This document shows, one piece after another, positions 29,958-39,920 of a stretch of DNA of 64,000 nucleotides (positions are counted from its first letter, which is position 1; each line of letters starts with the position of its first letter). Source of the DNA: an uncultured Holophagales bacterium (GTDB lineage Bacteria; Acidobacteriota; Thermoanaerobaculia; Multivoradales; UBA5704). Where the stretch lies: assembly GCA_963842525.1 (NCBI GenBank), contig CAWJGT010000023.1, positions 160,001 through 224,000 on the forward strand, written 5' to 3'. The notes below the pieces were generated by a model. It was given only the letters and a program-made list of their open reading frames with translations, did not search any database and was not told where the DNA came from. The position numbers were made by a program, and so were the translations under genes.

Positions 29958-32601
29958 AACAGAAGGTAGGCGTGAGCCTCCTCGTCGCATTGGCGCTGGC
30001 AATGAGGCTTTTGGCCATAACGCCCGCGGAGCGAGCCAGGGGGGTGTGGGGGGATTTAGAAGACGCAACGATTTCACTGATGTCGCAAGAGGAGGCACTC
30101 AAGGCTGCAAAGAGCCTGGAATCGCAGTGGCAGAAGGATGCTGCTCTTCACATGGCGGTAATAGAAGCCAGGCTCGGCGATCTCTATCTAGCGGCAGAGG
30201 ACTTTCGACAGGCGGCGTCGTTCTACTCCGAGGCTGCTCGACATGGAAGTACTGTCGAGAGTCACCGCGGAGCACTTCAGGGAGGGAGCCTTTACTTCCA
30301 TGAGATCTATCGGTCTGAGAGATATTCTTCGAGCTTCCCCGTTGAGACTAATTATCTGCTCCGGATCGATCCGGCAACTGGACAGGTGCGGGAGAGGTAT
30401 TTCCTACCAGGCGTGCCGGTGGCCTACCAGGTACGTGGCGAGTGGGGCGCGATTGAGTACCGGATCCCATCGGTGAGTGGCGAGGAGCATCTCGCAAAAA
30501 TCCGGTTAAAAAGGGGACGGCTCGACCTCCCCATCAGCACTATCGGGATGACGGAGGATATGTATCAGGCATTTCGATCAATGGAGGGCGGCTGGGCTTT
30601 GGCCGTCAACTTTCTTTACAAAAAGGACGAGACGGGGAAGGATCGGGAGAGCCGGCGCTTCACCGCGCGTCAAGACCCCTACGCGGATGCCCCGTCCCGA
30701 GCTGCGGACCTGGAACGCGCACTGCGCGCCCAGATTGCTCGAGACCCGACGCAACCCTGGCATTTTTTCTTTCTAGGACAAGCCTTATCTGTTCAAGGGC
30801 GGCATGACGAAGCAGCAGCTAGCTGGGAAAGGATCTTCTCAGGAGGCTTTCCGGAAACCCCATACTGGGAATTCGGCTGGATGGCACGACTTTTCGAGCG
30901 CTATGACCAGAACTCTTGGGCTGACCGAGCCTTTCGAGAATCCCTTGAACGGCGCCGTAAGCTACCACAGCCGGTCGTCTTCGATCATTTTAGTACTTTG
31001 CACGCTCCATTCCGCTATACAGCGACAGTTGAGCCTTCTCCAACCAGGTCCGCCCCCGACCGGGCCTACATCTGGTGGCTGAGAACTCGGGAAATCGTAG
31101 GATTTTCAGACCGTGGACGATTTTCGAGCTCACGCTTGGGCCGACTACTTCGGAAGTCATGGAGATGCGGAGAAAGAGAAGAGAGAGCTGGCTTACCTGG
31201 CGGACATCAACCGAATTCGCGGAGCTCCTATCTTTGTTATTACCGATCTGGCATGGGATGACTACGGCGGATGGCTCCTGCTCGCGAGCCTCGCTGGAGC
31301 ATGTCTCGTTCTCGCCAACTGGCTGCGCCATGTATCACGGAGTCATCTTCTGCCGCTCGGCCACCGTCTACAGGAGTTGGGGAGATCCGAGCCCCTCACG
31401 TCGATCCTACTGGTTGCGGCGCTCGCCACTTCAATGGTGGGTATTGTCTTCGAAAGTCTCTGGCTGTTGGAAGTGAGTATCGCGATGGGCTCGCTGTGTC
31501 TGGCTCATTTCGGCTGGCGTGCTTGGCGCCGGAAGCCAATATTCCGGCATATTTTCAAGCCCGGGTCGCGACCTCTAGCTTCCTTAAACAGGATCAAATG
31601 GGGGGGGCATGGTATCGTGGTCATCGGGTTGATCGGCCTGATCATCGGGACCTTTCTCCATGGGACAGCAATCAGCTACTTAAACCGACAGGACGCCCTC
31701 TATTCAGGGTCCAGTGGAAGTCACCACCAAAGCGAAAGCGGCGAGGTGCGGTTTGCCGAAGCCGTCTCAAGCCATCTTTCTGGAGACCTTGAGCGAGCCA
31801 AGAATATCTATCTCTCACTGCCATCGGATCCACGCGCCCGAAGTAATCTGAAAGCGTTGGAGCAAGGCCGACTACCCTTGAGCTTGAGCAATCAACAAGA
31901 ACTCTATCGAGTCAACTTCAGCTCCCTGCTACTCGAGGCAAGCCGGCAAACCCTACGACCTTGGAAAATCTGGTCGAGTTGGGCTAGCATTGGCTTCTAT
32001 CGGGGAAGTCTTGCCGTGTTTGCGCTTCTGGCTTTTCTTGTCGCCTTTGTCCCGCCCAGGTCTACCTCCTCGACCATCGGCTGGAGAGCCCGGTCTGAGG
32101 CGTGGGGCCGGGCGCGTCATCACCTTCTTGATTCCCGGAGCCCGCGCGAGCCGACCACTTCGAGGTTACCTGGCTTTCACCCTGCTCGTCCTGGCAGCCG
32201 GCCCGATCGCTTGGCTTTGCGTAGGAGGCATCAATCTCCCCTATCCTGGGGCCTATAGTGCGTCCATCGGATATACTCCAGCGGAAGACGCTCTGGTGCC
32301 GGTCCCGGTAGGAATGACAGACCCTGGTGACATCGAAGAACACTTCTATTGGGCCTTCTTCTGGTCCTTTCCATTTGCCAAGGAATTCTGGACGCTGATC
32401 GCGTTGTCACTGCTGACCTCTCTTGCCCTACACCTGGCGTCGTTTCGGGCCGGGGCGCGTCTCGTGAAGGAGACAATCCTCCTTGATTCAGTGCATGAAG
32501 GAACCGCGGGGGTTGGTGGGGAGGATAGGACTGCAAGGACAGCAGGGACAGCCAAGGACGAGAGGAAGGCCCCTGGTGTGCTTACTCCTGAAAAGGGTTG
32601 A
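29954..32601 (+). CDS. Signal-peptide, TPR-containing multi-pass membrane protein; two probable frameshifts (~31120, ~32050-32090)
   Basis: ATGA overlap with the WD40 gene. N-terminal signal; TPR-like ARLGDLYLAAEDFRQAASFYSEA and FFLGQALSVQGRHDEAAASWE. Three overlapping ORFs with TM segments. Confidence 0.55.
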
Positions 32602-32874
32602 GGAGGGGATCCGGCACTCCTCAAAGTGCCGGACGTTGCGGGTGACGAGGGCCAGATCTTGCTCCTGAGCTGTCGCGGCGATGATCAGGTCGGCAGGGGA
32701 TCGCGTCTGGCCGTGCGCCTGGAGCTGTCCTCTGGTCTCGCAAGCACGTTTCGCTGTGTTCTGCTTGCGGTATCATTTGCCTCGTGGCATGACGCACCAG
32801 CAACAGAAGATACACTCTTCCGATATGGCCTTGCAACGCTTCAACGGCAGCGAATATTGGATGGGCTCGCACCG

Positions 32875-33080
32875 CTACTTTCGAAGCTGCCCTGGCTGAT
32901 CGACCACTCCCGGCGCACGCTGGCCATCATCCGCCAGAACATCGGCTTCTCGCTCCTGGTCAAGGCCGTGTTCGTCGTCCTGACCTTCGCCGGCCATGCC
33001 TCTCTCTGGGCGACCATTGCCGCTGCTATGGGGCGTCTCTACTGGTCATCTTCAACGGGCTCCGGCCTGCTGGGGCGGGA
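32875..33080 (+). pseudogene. C-terminal fragment of a heavy-metal P1B-type ATPase (CadA/ZntA-like)
   Basis: LSKLPWLIDHSRRTLAIIRQNIGFSLLVKAVFVVLTFAGHASLWATIAA, then LLVIFNGLRLL in a shifted frame; the rest of the gene is absent. Confidence 0.8.
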
Positions 33081-33123
33081 GGAGACGAGATGAAGCGGGG
33101 CGGATCAGCGGCAGGTCTGGAGG

Positions 33124-33206
33124 CAAGGACAACAAGGACGACAAGGACGATAAGGACCGCGGGGACGAACACGACGGGCAGGGACGGGCAGGGACGGGAC
33201 ACGGAC
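33124..33206. repeat. Short tandem repeats (9-mer CAAGGACRA x~4; 10-mer GACGGGCAGG x~2.5)
   Basis: CAAGGACAACAAGGACGACAAGGACGATAAGGAC and GACGGGCAGGGACGGGCAGGGACGGG; a similar 9-mer run is at ~32527-32561. Confidence 0.7.
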
Positions 33207-33392
33207 AGCGGCGCCGAATTTTGCTTGCTCCTGATCGCTCCTGACCGCTTCTGACCTGGCCCACTTGACAGACTCTGGCCTCACCAGACAGGGTTTTTCT
33301 ATGGACACAAAAGCTCAATCCACCATTTCCAGTAGCAGAGGCGTGACGGCACGGAAGAGTGGACGGATGATCTGGCCATTCTTGATGCTTGG

Positions 33393-34334
33393 ATGTCGGC
33401 TCTGGTCAGCGTTCGGGGGCGATCGCAAGCGACCGCGTGGAGATACCGGCGGCTTGTGGAGCGGCTGCTCAAGGACGTGGCGCAGCCGATTGCGCAACTC
33501 GACCAACGGTTGATCGAGAAGCATCTGCGGCGCCTGCACGTGGCGGGGCGTGGGGAGAGTGTTCGCCGAGGGTTGGTCGTGGCGATCCGGAGCCTGGGCG
33601 AATGGTGCCTGGCGCACGGGATCATCGAGAGCAACCCGGGCGCTTCGCTGGCGGGACCGCGGCCCTACCGGCGGGAAATCAAGGTGCTGACGGTTGCAGA
33701 GGTGAGCCGTCTGCTCTGGGGGGACGCGCCCGGGACGCTGCCGAAGAATCCTGTGGAGATGCGGAACCGGGTGCTGCTGGGGGTGACGTATGTGGCGGGG
33801 CTGCGGGCGTCGGAGATCGGTCCTCTGGAGGCAGAGGGGGTGGTATGGCACGAGGCCGGCCTGATCTTCAGCATTCTGGTGCGGCGCGGGAAGGGCTCGG
33901 GCCAGGACGTCCGGCTGCCGCTTGACCGGCCGGTGTCTCGGATGCTCGGAGTGTGGCTGGCGTCCAGGCCGGCGGGGCGGTTCCTGTGGGGGCGCCCGCT
34001 GACCCGGGGGGCGGTGCGCAATATTTTTCTCGATCGCTGCGCGGAGGTGGGAATCGCGGCGGCGGGCCGGAGGCTTTCGCCACACATCCTTCGACATAGC
34101 CTAGCGACGCATTTGCTTCAGGAAGGTGTGGACATTCGTCAGGTTCAGCTCTTTCTGCGGCATCGGTCGATCGCGACGACGGAGATGTATCTGCATGCGG
34201 ATGTGGACCGTCTGGGGTCGGTGTTGATCCGCAAGAGTCCTCTGGAGCGGGGGCGGCGGAAGAAGGTGGCCCCGCTACGCCAGGCGCTGGAGCAGCTCCT
34301 GGGGAAGCTCGGAGGGTTGGCGCGTCCCACCTGA
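33393..34334 (+). CDS. Tyrosine recombinase/integrase (XerC/D-like)
   Basis: SAM-like N-terminal region; catalytic motifs AGLRASE, RRGKG, SPHILRHSLATHLL, LRHRSIATTEMYLH. Confidence 0.93.
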   Translation: MSALVSVRGRSQATAWRYRRLVERLLKDVAQPIAQLDQRLIEKHLRRLHVAGRGESVRRGLVVAIRSLGEWCLAHGIIESNPGASLAGPRPYRREIKVLTVAEVSRLLWGDAPGTLPKNPVEMRNRVLLGVTYVAGLRASEIGPLEAEGVVWHEAGLIFSILVRRGKGSGQDVRLPLDRPVSRMLGVWLASRPAGRFLWGRPLTRGAVRNIFLDRCAEVGIAAAGRRLSPHILRHSLATHLLQEGVDIRQVQLFLRHRSIATTEMYLHADVDRLGSVLIRKSPLERGRRKKVAPLRQALEQLLGKLGGLARPT

Positions 34335-34753
34335 GCGGAAGGACGAACACGGACGGACACCCCGCCCGGACCCTCACCCCAACCCTCTCCCACCCGCACT
34401 CCCTTCCCTCCGGGAGAGGGCGCCACCGCCCAAAAAGCTGGACTGACCAAAACTCATGTTCTGATCAGTGGTTTTCCACACCGGACGGCAGCGAGGAAAT
34501 GCCCGTCCGGCTTGAGTTTTCTCGCACTGAACCGTCGCCCAGACCCCCCCGCAGCCGGCTCTACCACGGAAAACGAAACCCAGTTTCGTTTTTTGCGGCA
34601 CGGAAAGGCCCGCCGGGATTGGGTTTTCCGCGATTTTGAGGGGGCGAAAAAGTTGGTTCTAACCCCTGTAGAAAGGCAACCGTAGGAAGGTGGTTTGAAC
34701 CGACCGCCGAAGGCGGCGGAGGGGGGCGGGTGGGCGGGGATGAGATCGGCTCG

Positions 34754-36851
34754 GATTGGGTGGGCCCGCTGGAGGTTCGGAGGCCGGCTTTCCACGGCCG
34801 CAGGCTCCGGCGGGCCCACCCGGCCTTAGGCCGAGGCCCCTTGCAGGGGCCGGAGGGGGATGGGCGGGGCGGGGTGGTCGAATAAACCCGGCAGGTTGGC
34901 GGAGCGCTTCGAAGGCATGGCTCCAGCGGCCTGCGGAGACAAGCTGCCGGACCTTGTTGCGGGGGGAGGCCCGGGTAGGTGCCCCCCCTGGTTAACATAG
35001 TGCAGTTCATTATGTTAAGGCGAAGCCCGTAGGCGGGGAGTGGCGCAGGGCGAGGGTCGGATAAAGTCGTTCATTTATCGGACCCTCGCCCGGTGGGAGG
35101 GGGGAGCCGCCCCCGCCGGAGCCAGGGGCGGGCAGCTCCCGGGCCGGAGGGTGGGGGAAATCAAAATGGGGTGGGCGGCCGGGGATTGGGTGGGCGCACC
35201 GGCGGATCGACGACAGGCTTTCCACGACCACAGTCTCCGGGGGGGCCACCCGGCCTTGTTGAAACACGGCCGCCATCCCCACGGCGGAATGGACCTTGAG
35301 AGGGTTGGGTGGCGGGGCGCTGCCATCCCACGGCGGTGCCCGGCGCGCGGGGGGAGGGCTTTGCGCCAGCGTCTTGTGGGGGCGCGCCTTCCAGGAAAGA
35401 TCCGGGGACGCGGGTGGGTGGAGGGACGTTGTCATCCCCACGGCTGGTTGGACCTTGCGCGGGTGGCGGGACGCTGCCATCGCCGCGGCGGCTGTCCGGC
35501 GCGCGGGGTGGTGGGTTTTGCGCCAGCGTCTTTGTGGGGGCGCGCCTTCTCGGGCAGCTCCGCATGGAGACGTTGCCCTCCCCCACCTTCGAATGGAGCT
35601 CGAGCGGGTGGGAGCAGGTTGCGGAGCGTCAGCGAAGTCAAGCTGCGGCGGCGGGGGGAAATCGAAATGCGGGCGGCCGGGAGATTGGGCGGGCGCGCCG
35701 GAGGACCGGAGGACGGCTCTTCACGGCCGCAGGCTTCGGCGTGGCCACCCGGCCTTATGGGTCGAGGCCCCTTGAGGGACCGGAGGTGGATGGGCGGGGC
35801 GGGGTGATCGAATAAACCCGGCAGGTTGGCGCAGCGGTCTTCGAAGGCATGGCTTCAGCGGCCAGCGGAGCCAATCTGCCGGACCTTGCTTGATGGGTGG
35901 AGCGGGTCGCGCACTGTGCACGTGAGTGGTCGGCCTGGGTGGTGGTCACGTGCACTGTGCCGATCCCGCGCGCGGGGGAAATCAAGATGGGTGGGCGGCC
36001 GGGAGATTGGGTGGGCGCGCCGGAGGACCGGAGGACGGCAGTTCACGGCCGCAGGCTTCGGGGCGGCCACCCGGCCTTGTAGGGTGGAGGCTCCGACTGC
36101 GAAGAGGCTGAGCGGAGCGCGGGTGGGAGCAGTTCGGCGAGCAGCTTGCGCGGAGCCGATCTGCGGGGCGGAAAGCTGCGGGGACCACGATGGCTGAGCC
36201 GACAGAGGAGCGGAGGGCGGCGAACCGGACGGGCCGGGGGTGGTTCGCCGACCCGGAGCTGCTCTGTCGGGGCAAGACGGCTCGCAGGTCCTCCCCATCA
36301 AATGGGTGGGCGGCCGGGGATTGGGTGGGCGCACCGGAGGACCGGAGGCCGGCTTTTCACGGCCGCAGGCTTCGGCGCGGCCACCCGGCCTTGCAGGATG
36401 GAGGCTCCGACGGCGAAGAGGCTGAACGGAGAGAGGGCGGGAGCAGTTCGGCGAGCAGCTTGCGCGGAGCCGATCTGCGGGGCGGAAAGGTGGGAGGCCA
36501 CGATGGCCCTACCGCCGATGGAGCGAGTACGTCCCCGCACGGAGCTGCATCGGCGGGGCACGGCGGCTCGCAGATCCTTCCCATCAAATGGGTGGGCGGG
36601 TGTGGAATTGGGTGGGCGCGCCGAAGGACCGGAGGACGGCTGATCACGGCCGTAGGCTTCGGCGCGGCCACCCGGCCTTTTCAAAAGACGGCCGCCGTCC
36701 CCGCCCGTGGGTGGAGCTCGCGCGGGTGGCGGGTGGAAGGTTGCCATCCCCACGGCCAGGTGGATCTCGCGTGGATGGGAGCAGGTTGGCGGAGCGGATG
36801 GCCGGATGGCCGCCCCGAAGGCCGCGGCCGTGAAAAGCCGGCCTCCGGTCC
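34754..36851. repeat. Array of six direct 74-bp imperfect-palindrome repeats plus one inverted partial copy, with partly duplicated spacers
   Basis: Copies at 34754-34827, 35184-35257, 35683-35756, 36005-36078, 36319-36392, 36606-36679; inverted partial copy 36800-36851. Consensus GATTGGGTGGGCGCGCCGGAGGACCGGAGG..TTCACGGCCGCAGGCTTCGGCGCGGCCACCCGGCCTT. Confidence 0.88.
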
Positions 36852-36951
36852 GCCCGCGGGGCGGCGCTGAGTGGGGCCGGTGTGGCAGCATGGTCTCAAC
36901 TGCCCTCCTGGATGATCCACTACAGCCATGGTAAGCTTTCCTTCGATAGCC

Positions 36952-37230
36952 ATGGAAAATCTTAAGATCTGGCTTCTTGTTGCAGCTCTGGTTGCAGTCG
37001 GCGTGCTCGGAGCGACAGTGTCGCATCAGGTGCAGACTATCGCCCATCTTGAAAAGGGCCTCTCCTCACCTCAACCGGCCTCAGCGCCTATAACGGCAGT
37101 AGGAGGCGGCCGTGTATCGAATGAAAGCGGCGGTGCCTACGGCCGAACCGCTGAGGCGCCAACAGAGAGTACGACGACGGAGTTGCTGGTCATAATCCAG
37201 GGCCGCGATCGCTATAAGGCCGGTCTCTAA
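36952..37230 (+). CDS. Short membrane-anchored hypothetical protein, possibly the detached N-terminus of the downstream hydrolase
   Basis: MENLKIWLLVAALVAVGVLG hydrophobic N-terminus; same lower-GC block as the next gene. Confidence 0.35.
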   Translation: MENLKIWLLVAALVAVGVLGATVSHQVQTIAHLEKGLSSPQPASAPITAVGGGRVSNESGGAYGRTAEAPTESTTTELLVIIQGRDRYKAGL

Positions 37231-37349
37231 CGGTGTGTCGCTGAGTTGAATGGTAAAGTAGCCACCGCCGAAGCCCTGGAATCTAGCTGCATGATTAGGC
37301 GTGCTCGAACATCTTGATTATTATCTGAGCCCCTGGGGCCTAAAAGTCG

Positions 37350-38198
37350 ATGACTGAAGAAGAATTGCGGGGAGCTATAAAGGCACGGACAAACGAGAAA
37401 TGGTTGATCTATATTCACGGATTCGCTTCGTCGGCCATGAAATCCCTGGAACGGGTAAACAAAATTGCCGAAGGTGAAAGATTTAATGTTCTTCTCCTAG
37501 ATTGGCCAAGCGGCATTATGTTGGCGGGGTTATGGCCTCGTTATGCTCACGGTAAATACTTGAAGGCAGGAGAGTCAGGGGATATATTTTCTCCATTGCT
37601 TAGAAGGCTATTTTGGACTACCGAATCGAACGCGCCTCAGGTTCGTGAACTTGACTTGGTGTCTCACAGCATGGGCGCTGAAGTTTCACAGAGGATCTTG
37701 CGATCTGTTCCAGGAGGTATTCAAGAAAATATTCTCATTGCTCCGTGTACTTACGCGAAGTACTTCGAGCAGGATCTCAAAGGGCTAGCGTCCAAAGTTG
37801 TGCGCGTTACAGCCTATGGCTCCACAATAGACAAAGTATTGGCCGCTGGTCACGCAGGCAATCAAGGGTACGTGGATGACTCGCGTTCATTGGGGACTCT
37901 TTATCGACATAGATATAACGACGATTACGACCTTATCAATGTAACTTGCCAGTATCCCAACTGGTCTATTTCAAATCTCGTCTACGCACATTTCCCAAAA
38001 ACAGACGATTTCTACGAAGACTTGCATGAGGTGCTGCAGCACAGTGCCATAGAGGAGCGAGCCAACATCATTTGGGTTGAGTTTAAGTACCGCACGCCTC
38101 TGGGGTTTGAAGAGTTCAGATATAGCCTTTGGAACATGGGTGACTGGGCATGCTCTAAAGCGAAGCAGGGTACGATGCGGCCTATACCTAGGCGTTAG
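37350..38198 (+). CDS. Alpha/beta hydrolase, DUF900-like
   Basis: LIYIHGF, LLLDWPS, DLVSHSMGA nucleophile elbow, ILIAP, VTAYGSTIDKVL. Confidence 0.8.
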   Translation: MTEEELRGAIKARTNEKWLIYIHGFASSAMKSLERVNKIAEGERFNVLLLDWPSGIMLAGLWPRYAHGKYLKAGESGDIFSPLLRRLFWTTESNAPQVRELDLVSHSMGAEVSQRILRSVPGGIQENILIAPCTYAKYFEQDLKGLASKVVRVTAYGSTIDKVLAAGHAGNQGYVDDSRSLGTLYRHRYNDDYDLINVTCQYPNWSISNLVYAHFPKTDDFYEDLHEVLQHSAIEERANIIWVEFKYRTPLGFEEFRYSLWNMGDWACSKAKQGTMRPIPRR

Positions 38199-39920
38199 CC
38201 ACCTCACACCTCACCTGCCGAGGGCGTCCTCTCCGCGTCTCCGCTCAGGGATGGAGTTCGCGCGGGGTTGGCGCCGCCGTCCCGCCTGGATGCTTGTGCG
38301 CGGGGCGGCGGCGATTGTGTCAACGCTCAAGTGGAGACGCCTGCGAGGGAGCTCCAGGGACGCGGGTGGGGGGCGGGGCGGTTGCAGTCGCCGCAGCGGG
38401 AGCGACCTCGTGCGGTGGTCAGGCGGCGCTGTCATCCCTCGCGGAGGCTGCGGGGGTCGATAACGTTTCCGGAAACGAAACCCAGCCGGCGGTCGTCGCT
38501 GCGAGGGCTGTCTAGTAAGAGGTGGTCGGGTGGCGTTGTCCTCGCCGCGGCAGGTGCCCGGCGCGCAGAGCGGTGGGGTGCGTCAGCGAGATCATGGTGG
38601 CGCGCCTTCGCGAGTGGCTCCGGGACGGGGGTGGGTGGCGGAGAGACCGCCGCCACCTCGGGAGCTGACCGGAGAGGGTTGGGCGAATGGCGTGGTCCTC
38701 CCCCACCACCCTGGAACAGCGATCGGTCCGGATCTGCGGGCGGAGGGCTTCTTCTTTTCCCACGGACGGTGAGTCCCGCGAGGGTGGGCGGATGGGGGGG
38801 CGTGCTCGTGGAATGCGCATAGACAAACCTAAGTTCTTCTTTCCGGGCTTGCCAGAGCCGCCCGGGCCGCCTCCAGGCCTGCGTGCGGGCCTGCGTAGCC
38901 GCGTGCGGACTTGCGTGCGGCTCGCGCGGCAAATTCTGCGGCCCCCACCCCCCTCCGCCCCCTTCGGTTCAGCTCTCTCGCGGATGGAAATTTCAGAGGA
39001 ACGGAACGAAACCTCAGGGAATCTCGGTATGACGATCTGAAATTTTCTCACTAGATCTCAAATGGAGCTCGGAGCCTGCTTTCGGGACCCAGGGATGAAA
39101 AAGCGTGCCGCTGCCACCCGCCGTCCACTCTCGTCTAGAACCGGGGTCAAGGTGCCGTGGCGACCGGACCCTAGATGGTAGGCTGCCGATGTTGGCCGCT
39201 GGAGTGCCCAGCGCGAACCGACTGGCGAGCCAAGCAGCTGGGCCACTCGATGGCCGTGGGGACTGCTGGGCCGCTTGGCGATCCAGGCGGCTCCAGTGTG
39301 CCTCTGCAAGGCGCTCTGCGGCGTTTCCCGGCCGGCGGCAGTAGCAGCAGGGGGGGCCGCACAGCCAAACGGGTTCACAGGCTCAGGGTAGCTGTCAGAG
39401 AGGCTTGGCTTTGATCGGACCGCTGGAGCACGATCGCGAGCAACGGGCGAGAGGTGAGGGACCCTGCCCACCGGCCGGCGATGACGCAGACGCCTTGCTC
39501 ACAGGAGTGCAGGGTCGAGGCGAGCCGACCAAGCCAGCCAGCGGCATGCTGGGGAGGGCCTCGGGTTCCGCCTTCATGAGGACCGGGACCCCGAGCGGCT
39601 CAACGGCCGGCGCCGCACTCCCGGCCAGTCGTCCATGTTGACACTTTGTTACCCCCAAGTGACCCGGGAGCACTCGTGGAAAATGAAGCCACTGAAAACA
39701 AACCACTTACACGCAGTGACCGGGTCTGGGGGGACGTAGATGAGGCTATGTACCGTATAGGAAGCGGAGAGCGGTACAGCCAGGTCGGCTGGCGCAGCAC
39801 GCTGCGCCCCTACAGCCTTTCCGGAAAGATATCGGATGGACCTGGCTACGAACGCTCCGCCTGCGTCCCCCCTCTCCCGGCGGAAGGGGGGGCGATGGGA
39901 GAGGGGGACAGGGGGTGAGG

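Noticed and set aside
33393-36851. Integron (IntI + attC array)
   Set aside because: I see no IntI-specific insertion in the integrase, the repeats lack RYYYAAC/GTTRRRY ends, and the spacers carry no ORF cassettes.
34335-36900. Many overlapping Arg/Gly/Pro-rich ORFs, and the idea of a CRISPR array
   Set aside because: The ORFs are translations of GC-rich repeats. Repeats are 74 bp with 210-425 bp non-unique spacers and there are no cas genes.
38200-39900. Possible genes or RNA in the 1.7-kb gap before recN
   Set aside because: Only low-complexity ORFs without motifs; no tRNA or known RNA recognisable by eye. Left unannotated.
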